Shown piece after piece: positions 28,501-36,804 of a stretch of DNA of 44,836 bases. Within the stretch, counting starts at the first letter, position 1; the number at the start of each line of letters is the position of its first letter. The notes below the pieces were generated by a model that did no database searches, had not been told where the DNA came from, and worked only from the letters and a program-made list of their open reading frames with translations. The position numbers were made by a program, and so were the translations under genes. Origin of the DNA: Chrysochromulina tobinii (Eukaryota); the NCBI GenBank assembly GCA_001275005.1, contig JWZX01002735.1, forward strand, positions 1 to 44,836, in the 5' to 3' direction.

Positions 28501-30277
28501 AAAGCAGCTGGGCGGCGATGCGGGCTCTGCGGCGGCGATGGCGAAAGGTAGAGCGCAGGACATGCATACGCAGAGCCACCGGCAGGACATGCATGCGTAC
28601 GCAGGAGCCCATGGCATGCATACGCAGGATATGCATACGCAAAAGACCAATTTGCGCGCCAGCGGGCGGGCTCCTGGAGCTCAGTTTGTGGTGGTCGAGG
28701 AGGCGGCGGACAGCCCGTGGAGCTCAGGGCATCATGGGCACGAGTCTGTGCACACGCTCCGAGCGCAGCATGATTCGCTGTTGCATCTGCATCAGGCCCC
28801 TTCGCTCTCACTCTCCACATCGCCGACCGAGACGACGTCCGTGTACGCCTCTCTTGTGTCGCGGCCGCCGCCGTCGCCGCAGCTGCTTCGCCCCGTGCTG
28901 TCGCCGTCGTCCCCGAACGCCACGCGCCTGGCACCGTTTGTGAGTGCGGATGGCAAGGTGAACCCCCGCCTCTCTGAAAGCCTGAAGGCGAAGGCGATCG
29001 CCGGCGCTTCGGAGGCGATCGCCACCGCCAATGCCGCCTTGGCCACCGCGCAAGCGGTGGCGAAGCAGGCGCTTGTGGCGGAGGCGGCCGCGGCCGAGGC
29101 GGTTGCAAGGGCCGAGGCGACCGCCGCCGTGGCCTCGATTGCGGCGATCGTAGCGGAGGCGGAGGAGTTGCAGTTTGCGATGCAAGCCGCGGCCGCGCGT
29201 GAGGACTTTGCGGAAGCCGCGGCGTTCAAGCAGGCACTCGAGCCGCTCAGAGCGAGACTGAACGAGCCTGAAAATTCGCCCTCGCCAGCCGCACCTGCGC
29301 CTGCCGCGCTCGCGTCGCTCGCCTCGCCATCCGCTAGAATGGCTGGCACACTCACACTCACGCTCGAGGGGCAGCTTGACGCCTTCAGCCCGCAGGCAGA
29401 GCAGGCGGTGCTTGCCCGGCTGGCCGCCCTCGGCGGCGTGCACCCATCACAGCTCGTGGTGCTCTCGCGTCGTGCGGGCTCGGTGATCCTTGAGGTGGCC
29501 GTTTTGCACTCGACCTACCAACGGCTGAAGGCGCTTTCGTTCCTGCGCGCCTTGCGAGCCGTAACCACCGAGGAGCTCAGCAAAGTCATTGGCGTGCCCG
29601 TGCTTGCGGCACACTGCGAGTTCATGAGCGTGGAGCCGCAGTCGCCGCCATCACGACCGGCCGAGGACGAGGGGGCGGTGATGGTAGAGGCCATGGCGGC
29701 GGCCGAGGCGGAGGCGATGGCCGAGGCTCTGGCGGCGGCAGAGGCGGAGACCAGGGTGCCAGTGGCCATGCCTTCCGTCTCGCCGGTGCTACAGAATCTG
29801 CTCGCGCTCGAGGCGCAGGCGTCCAGGGTGCCGGCGGCCATCGCCTCTGCGGCTAATGCCTTCGCGACCATCGCTCCTGCGGCCAGTGCGCCGACGGCCA
29901 TGCTGATCAGCGAGCCGGCGCGACAGCCTCGGCTCGGGCACGCACCATCCGCTCAGGCGCAGGCTGCCGAAGTGGTTAACATCCCATGGGGCCCACCTAC
30001 GCGTGCCGCGATCGCCCAGAATATCGCCGCCGCCGCCCCTGCGGCGGCCTCGCCGATGCTCGGCGCCTCGCGGAATTCCGCGGCTTCGAGTACCGGACCT
30101 GTGCACAGAAACGCACCATTTGGAGTCGTCGAGGCCGACTTCAACATGAAGTACGAGTCCTTGGATCAGTCGATGGCCTCGCGCATCGCGCGCCGGCGGT
30201 TGATCGGCAGCCAAGAGCGCGTAGGCCAGAAGTCGCCCACGGCGGTGACGCTGATGGGCGCAGGTGGGTCTCCCTAG
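22546..30277 (+). CDS. Four-domain voltage-gated Ca2+/Na+ channel alpha subunit (~2576 aa), interrupted by a +1 frameshift near 25120
   Basis: ORF 22546..25134 holds DI and DII S1-S5; ORF 24842..30277 holds the DII pore, DIII, DIV, EF-hand and tail. S4 segments are RSVRALRPLRALKR, RILRMLRVARMLRLMR, KSLRALRVLRPLRLLSR and RVPRALYALRALR. Pore motifs are SFDGW, TGGW, TGDDW and TSDGW. Confidence 0.92.
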
Positions 30278-30553
30278 ACCCTACAAGCACCAAAGCTCGC
30301 AGGGTCTTTAAGTAGATAGATGAATTAGTCAGCGAGGGCAGAGCCGGTTTTCAATACACACTCGTAAAATAAGAACTCGATTGTCGAGTGGAAACAGATT
30401 GTGCGATGTGCGCTACACCCGCCACGGACACGGCGTGAGCAGATGCTGCAGGCGGGGGTTCCGCGGACGCTGGTCCAAGTCGAACGGTCGCCGCGCCGCG
30501 GCGCAGGATGCAGGTTCGGCGCCCGGCGCCACTGCAGCCACAGCGGTGCCGCT

Positions 30554-31042
30554 CTAAAGGCGGCGACCACGGCGGCCCGAGGCACGACGCGTGCAGTCGG
30601 ACGGGATGGGCGTCACGTCCTCAATGCGGCCAATCTTGATGCCAGCGCGCGCGAGAGCACGGAGCGCGGACTGCGCACCGGGGCCGGGCGTCTTGGTGCG
30701 GTTGCCACCGGTCGCGCGCATTTTGATGTGCAGGCCGCCGATGCCGAGGTCCTTGCACTTCTGAGCAACGTCCATGGCGGCAAGCATGGCAGCGTACGGC
30801 GAGGACTCATCGCGATCGGCCTTCACCTTCATGCCGCCGGTAGACTTGACGATAGTCTCGCGTCCGGACGGGTCGGTGACGTGCACAAAGGTGTCGTTGA
30901 ACGACGCATAGATGTGGCACACAGCCATGATGATCTCACCCTCCTTGGGCTGGAGGCCGAGCGTAAGAGCCGTGTTCTCAGCAGGCTTCTTGGGGTCCTT
31001 CTTGGACGAGCCCTTCTTCTCATCATCATCATCGTCCGCCAT
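30554..31042 (-). CDS. RPS14: 40S ribosomal protein S14 (uS11)
   Basis: [52 protein letters not shown] and [12 protein letters not shown]...GRRGRRL. Confidence 0.98.
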   Translation of the reverse strand: MADDDDDEKKGSSKKDPKKPAENTALTLGLQPKEGEIIMAVCHIYASFNDTFVHVTDPSGRETIVKSTGGMKVKADRDESSPYAAMLAAMDVAQKCKDLGIGGLHIKMRATGGNRTKTPGPGAQSALRALARAGIKIGRIEDVTPIPSDCTRRASGRRGRRL

Positions 31043-31640
31043 GGTACTGTGCTGATCTGTGCGCGCGAGAGGAGCGGGCTGTCAGGTTGGCAGCCCATCC
31101 AGGCTCTAGCGCTCCCTCAGACAAGATGACCTGGCGTGCCGGCCGCGGGCTTCATCGCGCGCCGTAGCCCGCGGCTACGGAGTCACGCATCGTGGTCGAG
31201 CATCTCAGGCGCTGTGCGCGCGTCGCCAATCGCAGAGCCGAAACAGGGCAGAGCGGGGCACAGAAGCACCCTTCAGCGTCGGGCATGGCTAGCACCTCTC
31301 GGGAGCACGTAGACGAGTGTCAGTGTGAAATGCAATTGCGAATTGGGGCAGGCACGACCTTTTCAACTGTGGGCGGAGCTTTCTCGGAAAGCAAGTTCCG
31401 GTTTCACAGCCGTTTCACACAGAGCTGAACTGGGGGAGTCATTGGAGGTTCTCGAGGTCGTGCTCACTGACAGTGACACAGACTGTCGACTGTGTGGTGT
31501 TTCCTGTGACCTGTGAGCTAACTTGATAAACACAAGTGCCTAAACAAGCGCTCTCGAGGACATGGGACACCCATGTCAGAGAGAGGTCAGAGGTGAGAGA
31601 AGAGGTCAGACAGGACGTGGTAGCGTAGGAAAAACCAAGA

Positions 31641-32366
31641 TCACCTCTGCCATTCCCCTAGCGCGGGCAGCCGCCACCTCCACCGTGTCGCGTGCGGCTC
31701 GTCATGCGGCCACTCGATCTCGACGCAGCCGCAGTTTGGGAACTCGTGGACGCGAAATTGCCGCGGGTCTGTGAGCCCGCGCGCCGTCGCTAGCAGTGCC
31801 TGCCCGCACGCGCTGTGGCATACAATCAGCGTAGCGGCAGTCGCCTCGTCGGCCGACGGCCTCACTGCCACAGCTTCCCATCGAAGATCCTCGGTCCACG
31901 AGGCTGCCGCCCGTCGCCAGAGGTCCACGACGGGTAGATGGCCATCGACCGTGAAGCCAAGGGCGTCGGCCTTCCAGGCGGCATACGCGGCCGGGAATAA
32001 TGCTTTTAGCTCTTTCTTTTGTCGACCCTCCCACGAGTGCAGATCAATCTCACGCAGTGCAGCTACAACTGTCGGCGTTGGCAGCGGTGCCGCCTCGTTC
32101 AAGATCTCGAGAGTCTGCCGCGCTCTAGCCAATGGAGAGCATAGGACTCGCGAGATAGTCACGTCGTTCAGCTGAGCGAGAGCTATGCCCGCGGCTCGCG
32201 CTTGTGCTTGGCCGCGCTTGTTGAGTCTTGAGACATCCGATGATCCTTGGATGATGCCCGCCGCATTGTGATCAGTCTCTCCGTGTCGCAGGATGAAGTA
32301 CCGATACGAGGCAGTGGTGCAAGTGGTGAGGTTCAACACGAAGACAATCTGGAAGCTCGGCTTCAT
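31641..32366 (-). CDS. Histidine phosphatase (PGAM family), CA1P-phosphatase-like, with signal-peptide-like leader
   Basis: RHGETDHN...IQGSSD, SPLARARQT, LREIDL, DGHLPVVDLWRRA and LIVCH. The leader MKPSFQIVFVLNLTTCTTASY begins at ATG 32366. Confidence 0.85.
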   Translation of the reverse strand: MKPSFQIVFVLNLTTCTTASYRYFILRHGETDHNAAGIIQGSSDVSRLNKRGQAQARAAGIALAQLNDVTISRVLCSPLARARQTLEILNEAAPLPTPTVVAALREIDLHSWEGRQKKELKALFPAAYAAWKADALGFTVDGHLPVVDLWRRAAASWTEDLRWEAVAVRPSADEATAATLIVCHSACGQALLATARGLTDPRQFRVHEFPNCGCVEIEWPHDEPHATRWRWRLPALGEWQR

Positions 32367-32490
32367 TTTGGGGGGGGGGAAATCCCAACAAGGGGGTCTC
32401 TTCGAATAGTTCACAGTTGCTCTCCGGACTTCGTTGTTGGTGAAAAGCTTCGTGTGGCGCCTTCACTTTCACGAAACTCGCCAGCGCCAA

Positions 32491-33426
32491 ATGGAGTCAG
32501 GGCTTGGGCGCTGCTCGCGTGGCTCACGGAGGCGTTGCCGGCTCCCGCTAGCGCTCGCTATGCTTGCGGCGCCATGCCGCATGAATATCATCCACAACCC
32601 GACGCAAGGAGTACCCACCTTCGTTAAAGACTTTGAGAACTTAAACTTGACCGGCGTCTGCCGCTTTGAGAACGGCATCTTGATCAGAAGCCAGTATGCC
32701 CACGACTTCGTGGAATTCGCTGGGCCGGGCTTCGGCAGCCTCAACGGCGGCGTTCTGCTCGACGCATGCGCGCTCTCCGGCGGCGTCTACCCGCCGCTCG
32801 GCACCGCCAGCTTTGCCGGCAGGGGCTTCGTCGGCTTCTCGACCCTTCACACCTTCACCGGCGGCCGGACGGGCAAGGCGATCGCGCCGGAGACGGTGCG
32901 CTTCGCTCTGCGCATGACCAACATCCGGGCGTCTTTCGCCGGCATCGACGGCCACAGCGTACGCGTCGAGCTCTGGTCAGGGCCGGGCACCTCTTACAAC
33001 AACAAGGGAGTGCTCCTGCTGTCTCGGGAGATGCAGATGTCGGGCGAGCTGCGGCAGTTCCCATTCGTGAACTCGGCCGATCGTATGGTAGACTGCGTGC
33101 GCCGCATCGAGATCTCGTCGCCCGCAAAGATGTTCGTCCTCGACAATTTCATGTACGAGCTCAGCGCGGCGAGTGACGCGCAGTGCCCGGACGACCCTGC
33201 CATCCGCGAAGCGGCCACGGCCGCTGCGCTCCAGGTCGCGCTCGAGGAAGTGCAGACGAGCGTCTACCAGACGAGCGCGGCCCAGGCCTCGGCGACGGCG
33301 GGGCACGGAGCATGGGCGAGCGTCGCGCTCGCCGTCTGCATTGCTGCCGCAGTTTCGAGGCAAGCGCGCGGAGCTGGAGCGCCACGGCGAGCGTGTGGGC
33401 TGGGGGCCGACGAGCGACGTATCTAG
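32491..33426 (+). CDS. Hypothetical secreted/membrane-anchored beta-rich protein
   Basis: Long ORF with GC3-rich codons, a hydrophobic N-terminal segment (LPLALAMLAAP) and a C-terminal hydrophobic segment (AWASVALAVCIAAAV). The start is uncertain. Confidence 0.7.
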   Translation: MESGLGRCSRGSRRRCRLPLALAMLAAPCRMNIIHNPTQGVPTFVKDFENLNLTGVCRFENGILIRSQYAHDFVEFAGPGFGSLNGGVLLDACALSGGVYPPLGTASFAGRGFVGFSTLHTFTGGRTGKAIAPETVRFALRMTNIRASFAGIDGHSVRVELWSGPGTSYNNKGVLLLSREMQMSGELRQFPFVNSADRMVDCVRRIEISSPAKMFVLDNFMYELSAASDAQCPDDPAIREAATAAALQVALEEVQTSVYQTSAAQASATAGHGAWASVALAVCIAAAVSRQARGAGAPRRACGLGADERRI

Positions 33427-34084
33427 ATCTCTAGGTCTCGAAGCTGGCCGCTGCGTTTCACCTTTTCGATAATGAGTGAACAGCATAGATGAAATAGAAT
33501 GAAATAGAGTCTGGGAATCTTTCTTGGATCCGCTCGCGAAGCCTTTTGGCGGGACGATTTGGGGCCGCCTCTCCCTCTGGCTCGTGCCGGACGGCGCGCC
33601 CGCGCCTCGCTGGCGCAACGCTTCTGGGGTAAACGAAATCACGTTATATGAGAGGTCCTTTTGAGGTGTAGCTCAACAGTTGTCAGTAGGAGTTCGAGTT
33701 GGAGTAGAAGTCGCGGCCGCCCCTGCTCGTCGAGTCGTCGTCTAGCAGTTCCTAGCCTAGGGACGAAGGGTACCCCGAAACCCGGCACGGACGGGCAGGG
33801 AGCGGTTTTCGCTTTTCCCGACACGCGACAGCTGCGTGCGACAACATATGGACCCGATCTGTCGGTGCTGCGGCGGGCCGCGCGGCGACGGAGGCCCCAG
33901 GCCCAGCGCCCATGCGGCATGCGCGGCGGGCGCGGGTCCTCCGTCGGCTCCCGTGCGGCCGTGCGCCGTGGTCCCGTGTCACACGCCGTCACAGGTTTAA
34001 GTCGTGGTGCTTATGCGTTATGGTGCGTCGAGCGTATGGTGATGGTCGAGCGTGCACCGATGCCTCTTGCCGTCATGCGACGGG

Positions 34085-34140
34085 CGTGTGAACGTTAACA
34101 CGACAGACGCGACAACCGGTGCTACGGCACTGTTACTGCC
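34085..34140 (-). repeat. 56-bp dispersed repeat, copy 2 (inverted relative to 8030-8085)
   Basis: The reverse complement is GGCAGTAACAGTGCCGTAGCACCGGTTGTCGCGTCTGTCGTGTTAACGTTCACACG. Confidence 0.9.
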
Positions 34141-34441
34141 GCCCCGCTCAGAATACACATACCTTACACGACCCCATACATGTATGAGTGTTGAGTGACA
34201 CGGAGCATGCGCGCGCTGGCGGCGTTGAGGATGGTTTGGGCGTCGGCGGCGTGCGTCATGAGAAATTTTAAGTGGGGAGCGTGACTTAGGGCCAGAGAGG
34301 ATTTCGGATTTCGTAAGGCGACATTGGGAATTTTTCACGTAACTACAGTTCTAACCAAAATAGGGCATGTGTACATGTAACGACCAGATAGCATCTGCCG
34401 GAGGTCACTTAATCTCTGCTTCGTCGGGTCTATTTCTTTCG

Positions 34442-35887
34442 ATGGAGTCAACCAAAACACTGGCGCCACCGGCCAGCAGTCCCTTGCGGGCCGGCTCGCC
34501 GGCTGCATCCGATTTCAGTCTGCTGTCACCGCTGGCGCTCGACACGCTCGCGGAGCGCGACACGCTCCTCAGTCGAATGTTCGCCGCACTGCTTTGCCTC
34601 GTGACATCCTTGTTGCCTCTGATGGGTAACCTGCCCAAGCGCGTGGAAGCCCTGTACGCGCTCGTCATGACTGCGGTCGTGGCCGCCATGCGCAAGCTGC
34701 GGCTGCGAAGGGCACGCGCGACCGAACGCAGCGTTGGCGGAGGGCAAGCGCATGACGTGCTGCACTTCCGTGGCGTGGACCGCAGACGTCACAGGGTGCT
34801 CTTCTTGGGCGAAGCAGGCGTGGGCAAGTCTTCGCTCAGCGCCGCAATCCAGGCGCAAATTCCCGTCGAGCGCCGCATTCCATCGGATGGCCTCGCGTCC
34901 GCCGACCGCGCTGCCCACACGAGCGAGCGTGGCTGCACTCTGGCGGTTATCGTGTGGACCGCACAGCAGCAGACTCCGATGAAGGCGTACGCGCTCAAGT
35001 GGCGCACGGTGGCCTACGATGACGCGGGGCCAGCCACGCCCGTGGCCGTCGTGTGCAATATGAGCGACGTGGCCCCGTGTCCGATGCCGGAGATCGACGC
35101 GATGCGTGGTACGCAAATACCCGCCCTCGCGATCTCAGCCCTTCGAGGAACGAACCTCGCGGCGCTGTGGGTACTCCTTGAGCACAGCGCGGCGCATGGG
35201 TCCACGTCATCCTCGCCGCCCAGCACCACGGGCACACAGGAGGCCCCCAAGGCCACTGCGGCCACCGCCGCCACCGCCTCAGACGACGCATCGCCTGCCG
35301 CCGCGCCTCTCGGCTCATCATCCTTCGAGCTTCAGAACCGAGCGAGCGTGCTGATCACCGAGTCGGGTTGCGGCGAGCCACCCGCCCCGACAGCCCGCAC
35401 GGCCAGCAGCACCGGCGCGGCCGAGAGCACCCTCCGCTTTCGCACCAATGCGGCAGCAGTGGCACATGCGAGTGATACAAAGGGGTCGCGGGCGCCACAG
35501 CCACCGCGGCCGCGGCCGCCGCCGCAGCAGAAGCTGCGCGAGGAGCAGCAGCAGAGGCGGCCGCAGCCCCTTTCACCCACCACGCCACCGCACTCATCGC
35601 CATCGCCCGCGTCGATTGTCGTGAACGACGCCGAGCTCAGCTGGTTGAGCTCACAGGAAAGGTTTGCATTGCCCTCGTCCTCATCCCCCAAGAGCAGCTT
35701 CGTACGAGAGAACGAGTGCCACTCGTCACCCACGGCCATCAAGGGTGGTCACAAGGGTGGCGAGCTGCACGAGCACGATTACGGATCGACGTACTCGAGC
35801 GAGCAGCTGGATGCACACCAGAGTCGCAGCATGGGGGCGCTGCACGAGGACGAGGGCGGTGTTCACGGATATGAGCACACTTATTGA
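34442..35887 (+). CDS. Membrane-associated protein with a degenerate small-GTPase-like P-loop domain and low-complexity tail
   Basis: Two hydrophobic N-terminal segments, G1 VLFLGEAGVGKSSL, G4-like VVCNMSD and G5-like ISALRGTNL. There is no DxxG. The likely ATG is at 34442. Confidence 0.7.
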   Translation: MESTKTLAPPASSPLRAGSPAASDFSLLSPLALDTLAERDTLLSRMFAALLCLVTSLLPLMGNLPKRVEALYALVMTAVVAAMRKLRLRRARATERSVGGGQAHDVLHFRGVDRRRHRVLFLGEAGVGKSSLSAAIQAQIPVERRIPSDGLASADRAAHTSERGCTLAVIVWTAQQQTPMKAYALKWRTVAYDDAGPATPVAVVCNMSDVAPCPMPEIDAMRGTQIPALAISALRGTNLAALWVLLEHSAAHGSTSSSPPSTTGTQEAPKATAATAATASDDASPAAAPLGSSSFELQNRASVLITESGCGEPPAPTARTASSTGAAESTLRFRTNAAAVAHASDTKGSRAPQPPRPRPPPQQKLREEQQQRRPQPLSPTTPPHSSPSPASIVVNDAELSWLSSQERFALPSSSSPKSSFVRENECHSSPTAIKGGHKGGELHEHDYGSTYSSEQLDAHQSRSMGALHEDEGGVHGYEHTY

Positions 35888-36649
35888 CTCTGCCCCTCGG
35901 CTGTGCAGAGCGCTCACCGCACCTTAGAGATGTGCCGAGCTTGAGAGTGCGCCGCAGCCTCGGTGCCAGAAGACGGGTCCACTGGGTAAAAATGGTGACG
36001 AGCTGCGCCGAGGTGGAGTGCGTAACCGCGTACGGCTTTTGAGAGCGGTGATCACATACGTGGGGGACGGGCCGGAGAGTCGCGTCTGGAGCGTCAGTGC
36101 CGCTCGGCGGTCGTCGGCAGTGGTCGGGTGCCGTCGTGCCGATGCGACATATTAGCCGCGGAACCGGCTGGAACCGGTGCCCTTCTAGTCAGTCGTATAT
36201 ACAGTCGAAGTGCGACCACGAAGTACGTCGCACAACCACAAGCCCACCATCCTCCCACCTCCGGACCGCGCCCGCCGAACCGACCCATCGGGCCGAAGCC
36301 CACGCCCCGAGCGGAGCCCGACGCCCGTACGCTTCTAATAGTTCTACGCGGGACCGACGCGCCGGACGGTTGTCCGCGGCCTAGACTCAAACAGACTCAA
36401 ACAACTCTACTGTCTACAAACCGGCTAAGAAACCCGCCGTCGGCTTCCCCGCGCGCCTCCGGCTTCGCGAAGCGCTCAAACCTCCGCTCCTGTCCAACGC
36501 AATCACCGACCTGGCACCTGGACCTGCGTGGCCCTGGTGGTTGGTTCTCACATCGCATCTCAGGTGAGCCCGATGACGGAGGCGCCACATACAGTAGCAT
36601 GCCGACGGCTCGCGAACTAGGGGAAAACTAGGGATCCAATCCCGTGTCT

Positions 36650-36734
36650 CGGAAGTCGCGTGCACAAATAGGCTGGGAAACACTCCCCGGAAGTTGCGTG
36701 CACAAATAGGCTGGGAAGCACTCCCCGGAGGTCG
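36650..36734. repeat. 38-bp tandem duplication (2.2 copies)
   Basis: CGGAAGT(C/T)GCGTGCACAAATAGGCTGGGAA(A/G)CACTCCC at 36650-36687 and 36688-36725, then a partial copy. Confidence 0.9.
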
Positions 36735-36804
36735 AGTGGCGCCTGAGCAGACGCGTCCCGCTGCGCTCAGGCATGGCAGGCGATCCCTGGGTGTGGGGTG
36801 TGGC

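Noticed and set aside
36650..36734. 38-bp repeats as a CRISPR-like array
   Set aside because: Head-to-tail duplication with no spacers, a eukaryotic context and no cas genes.
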